DNA from: Methanosarcinales archaeon | GTDB lineage: Archaea > Halobacteriota > Syntropharchaeia > Alkanophagales > Methanospirareceae | Assembly (NCBI GenBank): GCA_030665925.1 | Contig: DAOUYX010000001.1 | Location: forward strand, 1 to 25,880 | DNA: 25,880 nucleotides | Direction of reading: 5' to 3' | Part shown: one piece after another, positions 1 through 9,071 of the stretch | Layout: every line of letters begins with the position of its first letter | How positions within the stretch are numbered: the first letter of the stretch is position 1 | Position numbers and translations under genes: made by a program | Notes under the pieces: model-generated | Database searches by the model: none | Told to the model about the DNA's origin: nothing | Seen by the model: only the letters and a program-made list of their open reading frames with translations

Positions 1-67
1 TTTTAAAAAATAAAGGGTTTATTTAACGCTAAGAACTAAAAACACTACAAACGGGGTGATAGCAATC

Positions 68-1117
68 ATGAGAATGAAAAATGCCATAGAAAACATCAAA
101 GCACTGGACGGAACAGCGATGCGAATCGCCAGGGAAAGACAAGATACTCTCACAAAACCCACGAGTAGCTTGGGAACCTTAGAAGACATATCCATACAAA
201 TTGCAGGAATCACGGGCAATCCCTCGCAGGGGATAAAGGATAAAGTAATTATAACGATGGCTGGTGACCACGGCGTTACGGAGGCGGGAGTGAGTGCGTA
301 TCCCAGCGAGATTACTGGTCAGATGATTTATAATTTCCTTAACGGCGGTGCCGCAATAAATGTATTGGCGAGACACGTGGGTGCACGAGTGGTTGTCGTT
401 GATATGGGCGTTGCTGTGGATATAGTAAGCGAAACGCTGGTTGATAAGAAAATCGGTTATGGAACCGCGAATATGATAAACGGACCTGCAATGACTCATG
501 ATGATGCGGTGCGGTCTATCGAAGCGGGCATAGAAGTCCTCGAACTCGAAGCTGAGAAGGGCATGGATATTGTTGGCGTTGGAGACATGGGAATTGGAAA
601 TACAACGCCAAGCAGCGCTATTGCAGCGGTAATAACAGGAGCAGCGGTGAGAGCAGTAACTGGTAGAGGCACTGGTCTTGACGACGAAGGGCTGGAAAGG
701 AAGATAGAGGTAATAGAGAAGGCAATAAGCGTTAATCACCTGAACAAAAAGAACCCGATAGACGTCCTCGCAAAAGTAGGCGGTTTTGAGATCGGCGGGA
801 TGGTCGGAGTTATGCTGGCAGCGGCATCGCACAGAATTCCAGTGGTTATAGACGGGTTTATATCAGGTGCCGCAGCGTTAATTGCTTATGAGATAGCACC
901 CGCAGTGAAAGATTACATGATTGCATCGCATCAGTCGGTAGAGCGTGGACATTCGGTGGTTCTCGATTACATCGGGTTGAAGCCACTGCTTGACCTGGAT
1001 ATGCGACTTGGTGAAGGCACGGGTGCGGCGTTAGGAATAAGCATTGTAGAAGCGGCATGCAAAATACTGAACGAGATGGCGACTTTTGAAGCGGCTGGTG
1101 TCTCCGAACGATCATAG
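68..1117 (+). CDS. cobT: Nicotinate-nucleotide--dimethylbenzimidazole phosphoribosyltransferase (bacterial-type CobT)
   Basis: Motifs [51 protein letters not shown] track start is GTG 56; ATG 68 follows a GGGTGA SD-like motif. Confidence 0.95.
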   Translation: MRMKNAIENIKALDGTAMRIARERQDTLTKPTSSLGTLEDISIQIAGITGNPSQGIKDKVIITMAGDHGVTEAGVSAYPSEITGQMIYNFLNGGAAINVLARHVGARVVVVDMGVAVDIVSETLVDKKIGYGTANMINGPAMTHDDAVRSIEAGIEVLELEAEKGMDIVGVGDMGIGNTTPSSAIAAVITGAAVRAVTGRGTGLDDEGLERKIEVIEKAISVNHLNKKNPIDVLAKVGGFEIGGMVGVMLAAASHRIPVVIDGFISGAAALIAYEIAPAVKDYMIASHQSVERGHSVVLDYIGLKPLLDLDMRLGEGTGAALGISIVEAACKILNEMATFEAAGVSERS

Positions 1118-1196
1118 CGCAACACTATGGAGGTATGTGTCAGTGTTTTTTCCTTCCAAAATCTCATCATCCGGTACAATCAGGAATTTCATATCT

Positions 1197-1709
1197 CTAT
1201 GATGGCGGGTGAATCTGCACGCCTTTTACACTCTTTAGCCTTCCTATTTCTTCTATTAACTCTCCCGGTATGTTCCTATCGGTGATAATCGTGAGTTTTG
1301 GGTTATCTACCAGATAGGGGTCGTCACTAACCGCTTGTCTTATGCTCACTCCCCGCCTTGCCATGACCGTAGCAACCTCTCCAAGTATCCCTTTTGCTTT
1401 CGCATCCATGGGATGAATAATAATCACACTAAGCCCCAACAAAGGAGCAACTTCAGCAAGAAACGCAATAGACCGCATATTCTCAAATACTTTCTTCAAT
1501 GCGGGCTCTCCTAAAATTCTTTTCACGGTCATATCAACTACCCGCCGATCCACGCCTATCTCACTTGCTATCTGCGTATGAGGTATCTCAATCCCGCCTG
1601 AGGCTACTTTCCCTTCGGGACTCACTTGGAATCCTCTCTCCAGTAAGAGTTCTATAACCTTCTTTTGCGATGGTGAACCTTCAAACTTCTCCATTACTTC
1701 TTTCCACAT
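1197..1709 (-). CDS. Archaeal ACT-domain regulator of amino-acid metabolism (COG2150-like)
   Basis: N-terminal HTH-like IASEIGVDRRVV and C-terminal ACT-like GILGEVATVMARRGVSIRQAVSDDP; 170 aa. Confidence 0.85.
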   Translation of the reverse strand: MWKEVMEKFEGSPSQKKVIELLLERGFQVSPEGKVASGGIEIPHTQIASEIGVDRRVVDMTVKRILGEPALKKVFENMRSIAFLAEVAPLLGLSVIIIHPMDAKAKGILGEVATVMARRGVSIRQAVSDDPYLVDNPKLTIITDRNIPGELIEEIGRLKSVKGVQIHPPS

Positions 1710-1819
1710 CGCTTTCCTCTTTTCCGTTCCCGTAACCGCTTTCCTTTTAAGAAAAGACGTTACCTAAGATTTACGTTACGTAATCTCCGGTGGTGTATTT
1801 GGCAGAAGGATATCCCTTC

Positions 1820-2137
1820 TTACCGATATCCCCTTTTCGTGATATCCTCGCGTATTTCCTCGAATCTCCTCGTTGCGGTACCCACTTTGTCTCTCACTTC
1901 CTCTTCTACGGATTGCATACTCACCCGCAAAGACCGCTCCTTCTCGCTCAAATCTCGTTCTATTCGCCGCAATCGCTCATCTATGCTTAAGAACAATAGC
2001 GCTAACATTCCGACCGTTATCACTGCTGCAAGTGCAATCGCTGAGTCACGATACCTGCCCCACAACCGATACGTAAGCACGAAGGTAGAGAAGACCATCA
2101 CCACCGAAAATATTATATTCCTTGCTTCCATACTCAT
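1820..2137 (-). CDS. Hypothetical small membrane protein (two TM helices plus coiled-coil tail)
   Basis: Two hydrophobic stretches followed by a charged heptad-like region; co-oriented with the ACT regulator gene. Confidence 0.75.
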   Translation of the reverse strand: MSMEARNIIFSVVMVFSTFVLTYRLWGRYRDSAIALAAVITVGMLALLFLSIDERLRRIERDLSEKERSLRVSMQSVEEEVRDKVGTATRRFEEIREDITKRGYR

Positions 2138-2245
2138 CCCCCTTTTCCCCTCTTTATTTTTACTTGTGCTGGAAATTCATAACCACAATTATCTAACTTT
2201 CCGTTTCTATTTAAATATAAAGCCTTTTAGTTTCTGAATGAACTG

Positions 2246-2902
2246 GTGGAGATGCAAAAAACAGTACTTATCCTGGCAGGTGGGAAAAGCCAAAGATTCC
2301 AATCTTTCGATAAATGCTTCATCACGTTAAACAACAAACCACTCATACAGCATGTGATTGATAACCTATCGAGCGTGGCAGACGAGATAATAGTGGCAGT
2401 ACGAGACGAGCAGCAAGGGGAACAGATCAGAGATGCCATACCAAATAATACCGTTTTGGTTTTTGACACGTTGAAGGGCTTTGGTCCGCTTGCAGGCATA
2501 CTATCGGGTTTAGAACGGGCTTTCTCTTCGTATTCCCTCGTTATCGGCTGCGATATGCCGTTTGTGAACAGATACGTGGTAGAATTTCTATTTGAGGTAG
2601 CTGAGCGTGGTAATTACGATGCAGTCGTGCCGAGATGGGAAAACGGAATGGTAGAGCAATTGCATGCGGTTTATAAAAGAGAGCCGATGCTTGCAGCGAT
2701 AAGAGATTCGATAAAAAAAGGTGATGCGAAGATACTTAATGTTTTATCACGGCTCAAAAATGTCAATTACATTCCCATGAATACAATAAGAGGCATTGAC
2801 ACGGAGTTGATAACCTTTCGAAATATTAACACGCCGGAAGAGTTGAAAAATTGTGCATCACTGGTTGAGACGGAAATACCAAGAGACGAGAGGCGTAAAT
2901 AA
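2246..2902 (+). CDS. mobA: Molybdenum cofactor guanylyltransferase
   Basis: LILAGGKSQRF, DK, GPLAGI, GCDMPF, FRNINTPEEL motifs. Start is GTG 2246 or ATG 2252. Confidence 0.93.
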   Translation: MEMQKTVLILAGGKSQRFQSFDKCFITLNNKPLIQHVIDNLSSVADEIIVAVRDEQQGEQIRDAIPNNTVLVFDTLKGFGPLAGILSGLERAFSSYSLVIGCDMPFVNRYVVEFLFEVAERGNYDAVVPRWENGMVEQLHAVYKREPMLAAIRDSIKKGDAKILNVLSRLKNVNYIPMNTIRGIDTELITFRNINTPEELKNCASLVETEIPRDERRK

Positions 2903-2921
2903 AACAGTCGTAATTTTAGCT

Positions 2922-3054
2922 AACCACAGATTACACTGATTCCCACGAGAAAATGTAAACTTTGAGATACAAGAAGTCAGAGAACAGTGGTTAGAATTCT
3001 GTTTTCTATTCTTTGATCTCCGGTCTTGTGTCTATCTTGTGGAATCTCGTGGTT
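2922..3054. repeat. Imperfect palindromic element E of the CRCNGA repeat family
   Basis: Left arm AACCACAGATTACACTGATTCCCACGAGA; right arm reverse complement AACCACGAGATTCCACAAGA. CCCACGAGAAAA (2942-2953) exactly matches the reverse complement of 21676-21687. Confidence 0.6.
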
Positions 3055-3787
3055 TTTTGCACAATTGAGAGAGATAAACTCCAAAAGGCGCTCTCTTACA
3101 ACTCTTTATCCTTACCTTACCCTCTTTTATCCTCCTCAGGATCGCTTCGTATTCGGGCTTTTGCGCTACGTCAACCTCAACATCTACGGTCGCAAGACCA
3201 ACGCAGTCCGCGGAATGTGCATCGCTTCCCACAACGGCTATAATGTTGTTGGTGGCTGCCTTTCTCCTCGCCATTTCATTCGCGACTCCGAAGAAATATC
3301 TGGAATTGTATGTTTCTATCGCGTCTATGCCGGGATGCACGCAAAGATTACCGATGCTATGGCGGAACGGATGGAAAGGATGCGGCGCAATAATCACAAC
3401 CGTGCCTTTATTCTCCTTCTCTTTCTCTCTTTGCCGCGCTATTCTTATCGTTTCCTCTGGCGATAACCCTTCCTCTATCCCTTCTTCGACTCCAAGCACA
3501 ATCAAATGACCTTCGGACGTTGATACTTCTATACCAGGGATAACTATCAAATCCCACTCGTTATCGGCTACGTATTTCCGCGCCGCAGAAGAACCGTCCA
3601 TCGTGTCGTGGTCGCATATTGCGATACCATCAAGCTTTTCCGCTATCGCGCTTTCTATTATCTCCTCGATGGAGGCACGTCCGTCATGCGAGTAATTCGT
3701 ATGCACGTGCAGGTCAAGAGTTAGTGTTCGCGTTAGGGGCATTGTACGTCTACTGAGTTTATCTAATGGCATTAAGTTAATCACCAA
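3032..3787 (-). CDS. PHP-family metal-dependent phosphoesterase
   Basis: DLHVHTNYSHDG, AICDHD, IPGIEVS, GHL, APHP, VGSDAH motifs. Start uncertain (GTG 3787 overlapping the cimA stop, ATG 3772 or a later ATG). Confidence 0.92.
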   Translation of the reverse strand: MVINLMPLDKLSRRTMPLTRTLTLDLHVHTNYSHDGRASIEEIIESAIAEKLDGIAICDHDTMDGSSAARKYVADNEWDLIVIPGIEVSTSEGHLIVLGVEEGIEEGLSPEETIRIARQREKEKENKGTVVIIAPHPFHPFRHSIGNLCVHPGIDAIETYNSRYFFGVANEMARRKAATNNIIAVVGSDAHSADCVGLATVDVEVDVAQKPEYEAILRRIKEGKVRIKSCKRAPFGVYLSQLCKKPRDSTR

Positions 3788-5262
3788 TACAATCTATTCA
3801 CGCCGTTGATTAGTGCGTGCACCGATGCGATGACGATGTCTTCACTCACGCCACTCGCGGTCATCGTCTTATCTCCCCTGCTTATCTTTACTACTACGTT
3901 TACCAGCGCATCCGTTCCACCGGTGATGGCGTCAACATGGTACTCCTCAAGGCGTAAATCGTTCATTGCCCTTCCCGCCAGTGCTTTCCTCAATGCATTT
4001 ATCGCTGCATCCACCGGACCGATACCAACGTCTGCTTCCACAATATCCTCGCCATCTATCTTCAATCTTATTGATGCCGTTGGCCGAACGTTCTTCCCGG
4101 ATACCACAGATAAGTCAATAAGTTTTATCTTCTCCTCTCTTTCTATGCTCAGCACGTCCTCGACTATCGCCTGGAAATCCGAATCCGTAACTAATTTACC
4201 CTTATCGCCGAGTTCCTTCACTTTCACCAATATCCTCGTCATCTGCTCCTCATCGGCTGCGATGCCCATCTCTTTCAACACCTGTTTCACTGACGCCTTA
4301 CCCGTATGCTTCCCGAATGCAAATCGTCTTGTTCTCCCTATTATCGCCGGATCCATTGGCTCATATAAGCTCTTATCCGCCAACGTCCCGTGGACGTGCA
4401 TTCCCGATTCGTGCGTGAAGGCGTTATCGCCCATAAGCGGCTTGTTCGGAGCAAGCGGCATCTTTGTCAAATTCCTGACAACTCGAGAAGTTTCATACAA
4501 CTTTCCTTTCGTGATTCTCGTTTTCACATCGTAAAGCAGTTCCAAAGCGGTTACCACCTCTTCCAAGGAGGCATTACCCGCCCGTTCTCCCAGGCCGTTC
4601 ACCGTGACATGTACAATCCTTGCTCCCGCCGACACCGCAGCTATCGTATTCGCAGTGGCTAATCCGAAGTCGTTATGACAATGCACGGAAACCGGAGTGT
4701 TAACTGTGCAAAGAGACCGAAATATCTCCTTCGTTCGCTCCGGATACAACACACCAACGGTATCGCAGAAACATAAACGGTCAACAACCGTGGATAAATC
4801 CGAGAAGAAGGATTTCAAAAATGCCATATCCGCTCTGGATGCGTCCTCGGAACTGATCTCCACGTTTAAGCCGTGCGCTTTCACATATTCCGCCATCTCA
4901 ATCGTCCTAGCTCTCAGCGTCTCCCGATCCATCTTCAGCTTCTTCTTTATGTGCGCGTCCGAAACGGGAGCAACCAGATTAATCGTATCAACGTCACATT
5001 TAATTGCAGCATCAATATCTCCCTTCAGTAGCCGCGCAAAGGAGCAAATGTCAGCCTTCAAACCTTCGTTCGCTATTGCCTTTATCGCTCTCTGCTCGCC
5101 TTCCGAAATGATAGCCGTGCCCGCTTCTATAACGTCAACGCCGAGTATATCAAGCTGTTTTGCAATCTGCAACTTCTGTTCTGGAGTCAACGACACCCCC
5201 GGGGTTTGCTCGCCATCACGAAGCGTGGTGTCCAGGACTTTTACCGCTTTTACTTCCTCCAT
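3781..5262 (-). CDS. cimA: (R)-citramalate synthase (2-isopropylmalate synthase family)
   Basis: DTTLRDGEQTPGVS, HCHND, GLGERAGN, C-terminal LeuA regulatory domain. EAGTAIISEGE and APVSDAHI resemble methanogen CimA more than LeuA (recalled family pattern). Confidence 0.8.
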   Translation of the reverse strand: MEEVKAVKVLDTTLRDGEQTPGVSLTPEQKLQIAKQLDILGVDVIEAGTAIISEGEQRAIKAIANEGLKADICSFARLLKGDIDAAIKCDVDTINLVAPVSDAHIKKKLKMDRETLRARTIEMAEYVKAHGLNVEISSEDASRADMAFLKSFFSDLSTVVDRLCFCDTVGVLYPERTKEIFRSLCTVNTPVSVHCHNDFGLATANTIAAVSAGARIVHVTVNGLGERAGNASLEEVVTALELLYDVKTRITKGKLYETSRVVRNLTKMPLAPNKPLMGDNAFTHESGMHVHGTLADKSLYEPMDPAIIGRTRRFAFGKHTGKASVKQVLKEMGIAADEEQMTRILVKVKELGDKGKLVTDSDFQAIVEDVLSIEREEKIKLIDLSVVSGKNVRPTASIRLKIDGEDIVEADVGIGPVDAAINALRKALAGRAMNDLRLEEYHVDAITGGTDALVNVVVKISRGDKTMTASGVSEDIVIASVHALINGVNRLYW

Positions 5263-5353
5263 AAGCTATCATTCCTTGTCTACTATAATAAGTGGTAGGC
5301 GTATTTATTTATAATTCAACCTACTCCAATTTAAATTTACTTGGTGATAAAAA

Positions 5354-5818
5354 CTGAAAGCGCTAATAATTTACTCTTCGCGGCATCATAGGAACACTGA
5401 AAAAATTGCTCACGAAATGGCAACTGTTCTTAACAATGCAGAATTAGTAAACCTCAACGAGGCGGACACACCCGCCTTAGCAGACTATGATCTGATCGGT
5501 TTTGGTTCCGGGATTTATTGGGACCGTCACGATAAAAGATTGTTAGATCTCGTTGGTACTTTGCCTCTGGTAAACAACAAAAGGGCATTTATTTTTTCTA
5601 CAAGTGGGATAAGAGAAGGTCGCGTTTTGAATAATTTTAACAGGCGATTAAAGCGGAAATTGTTAGAGAAGGAGTTTATTATTATTGGAGATTTTTCATG
5701 CCGAGGATTCGATACTGTCGGTCCGTTAATACTAATTGGTGGAATACACAAAGGCAGACCGAATGAAAATGATTTAGAAGCGGCAGCGGATTTTGCAAAG
5801 GGTTTGCATGCCAAATAA
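5354..5818 (+). CDS. Flavodoxin family protein with apparent CTG start (or decaying gene)
   Basis: Frame is open upstream of ATG 5417 and reads (L)KALIIYSSRHHRNTEKIAHEMA, the typical flavodoxin N-terminus. In-frame TAA at 5348-5350, GGTGA at 5343-5347. Also GFGSGIY, FIFSTSG, FSCRGFDT, KGRPN motifs. Confidence 0.8.
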   Translation: MKALIIYSSRHHRNTEKIAHEMATVLNNAELVNLNEADTPALADYDLIGFGSGIYWDRHDKRLLDLVGTLPLVNNKRAFIFSTSGIREGRVLNNFNRRLKRKLLEKEFIIIGDFSCRGFDTVGPLILIGGIHKGRPNENDLEAAADFAKGLHAK

Positions 5819-5884
5819 ATGATGAACGCAAATTTTCATAAATGCTTTATAATAATCGCAACCAAACAATGTAACCACTGACCG

Positions 5885-6859
5885 ATGAGAAGGATAGAAG
5901 AGCTTGACACGTTCCTTATAACAAACGAAGAACTGAAAGGGACGATAGAGGAGATTGGATGGAAGGATTTCATTGCGGAGATCAAAAGCGGGTTTGAGCA
6001 CAGCTCTTTGGGGTACAGTATCGCGCCACCAAAGGTGTACGTTAATACAGAAGTGTCCGACATGAGATGTATGCCCGCGTATCTACCGAAATATAATCCG
6101 CATTACTGTGGTGTGAAGATCGTTTCGGTTGCACCGGGGAATGAAAGGTTTGGCGTACCCACGGTATTGGGTGAATATTTGCTCCGGGATGCGGAAACGC
6201 AGCAATTGATTGCGATACTGCAGGCAGAGGAGATGACCGCGTATAGAACCGGTGCGGCTATGGGTGTTGCTACTGACGCATTAGCAAGGAAAGATTGTGA
6301 AGTGCTCGGTATAATAGGTGCGGGAAAGCAAGCTCCCTACCAGGCTAAGGCAATACTGACTGTAAGACCTTCCATTGATAGAATAAAGGTGTTTGATACC
6401 ACAGAGCGACATGCGATAAGATTTAAAGCCGAATATGAGAGTGAATTTGGTGTTGACATCGCAGTCGCCGGATTGGAGGATGCAATGGATGCTGATATAG
6501 TTACAACGGTAACTCCTGCTACGAAACCGTTCATTTCCCCTGAACTGATAAAGCCAGGAATGCATCTTAACGGCGTTGGCGCGGATTCAAAGACGAAGAT
6601 AGAATTCTACCCGGAAGCGCTGAAGAAATGCAGGATATTTGTTGATGCATTATCGCAGTGCAAACATTCAGGTGAGATCTATCAAGGGCTGGAGAGAGGG
6701 ATAGTAAAAGAAGAGGATTTGGTTCCTTTGGGTGACGTTCTGCTTGGGAAAGCAAAGGGCAGGACGAGCGAAGACGATATAACCTTCTTCAAATCTACTG
6801 GCGTTGCGGTTGAAGATTTAATTACTGCAATACTGGTATTTGAAAAGTTGAAACAATAA
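5885..6859 (+). CDS. ala: Alanine dehydrogenase / ornithine cyclodeaminase (mu-crystallin family)
   Basis: PPK, MRCMPAY, GVKIVSV, TAYRTGAA, GIIGAGKQA, FKSTGVAVEDL. The basic residues match the archaeal AlaDH pattern; substrate is not proven. Confidence 0.8.
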   Translation: MRRIEELDTFLITNEELKGTIEEIGWKDFIAEIKSGFEHSSLGYSIAPPKVYVNTEVSDMRCMPAYLPKYNPHYCGVKIVSVAPGNERFGVPTVLGEYLLRDAETQQLIAILQAEEMTAYRTGAAMGVATDALARKDCEVLGIIGAGKQAPYQAKAILTVRPSIDRIKVFDTTERHAIRFKAEYESEFGVDIAVAGLEDAMDADIVTTVTPATKPFISPELIKPGMHLNGVGADSKTKIEFYPEALKKCRIFVDALSQCKHSGEIYQGLERGIVKEEDLVPLGDVLLGKAKGRTSEDDITFFKSTGVAVEDLITAILVFEKLKQ

Positions 6860-6874
6860 GGAGCCAGACCATCA

Positions 6875-6897
6875 AACTTTCTTTCACAAAGAAAGTT
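6875..6897 (+). terminator. Perfect hairpin downstream of ala (terminator-like or repeat end)
   Basis: AACTTTCTTT-CAC-AAAGAAAGTT, a 10-bp perfect stem 15 nt after the stop codon. Confidence 0.5.
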
Positions 6898-7096
6898 GGA
6901 TTAAAGAAACCTGTATTTTCGCGCAGCGTTTTGGATTAAACCTTTTTCTAAAAAGAAAACTAACAAAAAAATCGGGACTGTCAACTTTGTTGGGTGCTGA
7001 CACTAATATCATTTTTTAAAAACCCTATTTTTCCTAAATGCCGAATGATTTTTAAATTGAATCTGCTATAACCCACGACAACTTTACAACCACCAC

Positions 7097-7450
7097 CTAT
7101 CCATCCGAAGTAACCAAGCTGTTTAAGACGGCTACAATACGTGCAAAGGTCTCTTGCTTAATCTTTCCTAAGCTCTTCACTACAATCAACTGACTCAAAG
7201 AATAAATCTTATCTACCCTTATCATACTATCTTTGGGTAAATTGCCGTCTTCCAGGTCATTCTGAGTCATTAAAAGGGTATAATCTTTCTTTTCTATGTT
7301 GGAAGTAACAGCTACGACGACAATATCTTCCGTCTTTTGGTTGTAATTATCGTTGGAGATTACGATTACAGGCCGTCTCTTCTTAGACCTTAAATCACTA
7401 AATGGGATGGGAATTAAAACCAAGTCTCTTTGCTTTAACTTATGCATCAT
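7097..7450 (-). CDS. PemK/MazF family toxin (type II TA)
   Basis: QRDLVLIPIPFSD, KRRPVIVISND, VVAVTS, IRVDKI. Likely start ATG 7450 or 7447, overlapping the upstream gene's stop. Confidence 0.92.
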   Translation of the reverse strand: MMHKLKQRDLVLIPIPFSDLRSKKRRPVIVISNDNYNQKTEDIVVVAVTSNIEKKDYTLLMTQNDLEDGNLPKDSMIRVDKIYSLSQLIVVKSLGKIKQETFARIVAVLNSLVTSDG

Positions 7451-7646
7451 TCCAGATCTCATCATCAATAGAATTGTCCCAAAAATCTAAACTACTCTCT
7501 GAAGCCATAAACAGGTTTTCGAACTCTTCTTCCTCGACCAGCGGGAGTATTATTATTTCTGCTCTTCTTCCCTTTAGTTTCCCCAATTCGGGTAACTCAA
7601 TTCTGCCTTCTTCGCTAATCTTCGCATAAAATTTTAAAGCTTCCAT
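7440..7646 (-). CDS. Cognate antitoxin (acidic C-terminus, DUF2281-like tail)
   Basis: Small gene overlapping the toxin start, with acidic tail SESSLDFWDNSIDDEIWNDA. GAGGAGG SD lies directly before ATG 7646 (ORF track GTG 7670). Confidence 0.8.
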   Translation of the reverse strand: MEALKFYAKISEEGRIELPELGKLKGRRAEIIILPLVEEEEFENLFMASESSLDFWDNSIDDEIWNDA

Positions 7647-7726
7647 TTCCTCCTCTCTTATCACCTCCACTTAATAGTTATACCCATTCAATAAATATAA
7701 AGATATGGTCGGTCGCCTCAAAAAAC

Positions 7727-7738
7727 AAAAAGCTTATA
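7727..7738 (+). promoter_or_regulatory. BRE/TATA-like promoter motif
   Basis: AAAAGCTTATAT, divergent from the TA operon and upstream of the small sorting-signal ORF. Confidence 0.35.
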
Positions 7739-7825
7739 TGCTCCCTACGGCTCATACGTTTCTGAAGTGGAAAAATAAGACCGCATGACAAAGCGGAAGT
7801 TGAAATCTCGGGATCGGAAATTTTC

Positions 7826-7942
7826 ATGTATTCCCGTCAACCAACAGCAACAACAGTCCTAGCGCTGACCCCAATTGGACTGATAGCACTTGTCGGCTTG
7901 CTTTCGGCAGTCGCAACACTGAGCATAAGAAAGAGGCTTTAA
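7826..7942 (+). pseudogene. Orphan C-terminal protein-sorting signal (VPXXXP-CTERM-like): remnant of a surface-protein gene or a 38-aa peptide
   Basis: Manual translation: MYSRQPTATTVLALTPIGLIALVGLLSAVATLSIRKRL*. P/T linker, VxxxxP motif, TM helix and basic tail, followed by a T-tract at about 7960-7972. Not in the ORF track. Confidence 0.7.
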
Positions 7943-8072
7943 GTAACTTTATCCCCTCTCCTTCCTTTTTTCGCTTAGCTCTTAACAATTATGCAAGATT
8001 GTAGAAACTTTTCTTCCGTTCAAGGTTCGGTAAATCTTTTAGTTTCCTGACTTTTGATCGTCCACGTAGAAA

Positions 8073-9053
8073 CTAAACATACGATTTATGAGCTGTCATC
8101 TCTTTTTCGTAGATGCTCCTCAGTGCATCTGCCATATCAGCATAGCAATAATAGCTGGAATGCGCTGCTTTGTGCTCATACACAGAAATACTCTTCTTCA
8201 CTCTTTCCATTGCAGAGTCAAGCTTTACCCACCGGAGATCAACTGAATCTTCAGGTTTATAACTACTATCTGCAATCTTTGTGGTATATCCCTTTTTCTT
8301 CAGTACTGCACTAATCTCTTCGTATGTCAGTTCATCGCTCACATATCGGCCAATGAGCTGTTTTACACGCGTTAGTTCATCCCGCCTTCTAATTCCATAT
8401 CTTTTATCATCATTCAATGTGGGTGGAGTCGCTAAACCAGCAAATGAGGGAATATAAGGTGTTTCTAAAAAGGTATCAAAAGCGGATTCTTTAGCTTCGC
8501 TCAATTCCCTAAAGAATTTTAGGATGTCGTCTCTTCTGGGCATTCCCAAAAAACCCAGCGTTTCCATGATGACCAAGGGGTCCTCATAAGAACCCATCCC
8601 GTTTTCTTCGTCCCGTGCTTTCAAGAAACTCCTGAGACCTTCGCGCGTAACTTCGACAAGCGCATCGGGAATGAAATGTGCAGCTCGCAAATTCGCCCTT
8701 TGCAGTGGTGTGATAAACTCTTTCTGTTCCCACAGGAACAGCGAGAAATTATAGGGATAATATTCATCCATATCCGCAAGATAAGCGAAGTTATGCCCAA
8801 TGATACCGAATTTTGCTAAAATAGAGGGATAATAATCGAACTTTATATGAGCATTTGGCGTTGAGAACCGCATCTCTCGTTCTGCCGGGAATATAAGCGC
8901 GGGATTTTTAAATTGATACCAGATAGAAGGATCGTATTCAATCCTGAAGCTTTTGAAAGCTTCGGTTTCAAAGTATCTCAGCATCATCTTAAATGCCTTA
9001 TCCCACTCCAGTTTGATCTTTGCTATCAGGTGCGACAAATCGGTTTCTTTCAT
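8073..9053 (-). CDS. Hypothetical protein (326 aa)
   Basis: Long uninterrupted ORF with protein-like composition; no family recognised. Confidence 0.8.
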   Translation of the reverse strand: MKETDLSHLIAKIKLEWDKAFKMMLRYFETEAFKSFRIEYDPSIWYQFKNPALIFPAEREMRFSTPNAHIKFDYYPSILAKFGIIGHNFAYLADMDEYYPYNFSLFLWEQKEFITPLQRANLRAAHFIPDALVEVTREGLRSFLKARDEENGMGSYEDPLVIMETLGFLGMPRRDDILKFFRELSEAKESAFDTFLETPYIPSFAGLATPPTLNDDKRYGIRRRDELTRVKQLIGRYVSDELTYEEISAVLKKKGYTTKIADSSYKPEDSVDLRWVKLDSAMERVKKSISVYEHKAAHSSYYCYADMADALRSIYEKEMTAHKSYV

Positions 9054-9071
9054 TTTTACTTCCTATTGCAA

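Noticed and set aside
3806-5314. Long plus-strand ORFs (3806-4534, 4697-5314) and similar antisense ORFs at 179-832, 11184-11804, 13953-14354, 18071-18796 and 25229-25747
   Set aside because: They are shadow frames opposite well-supported genes, with Ser/Phe/Ile-rich composition typical of antisense translation.
7738-7862. Short ORFs MLPTAHTFLKWKNKTA and MTKRKLKSRDRKFSCIPVNQQQQQS
   Set aside because: Very short with no motif; the meaningful signal is in the other frame (sorting-signal tail).
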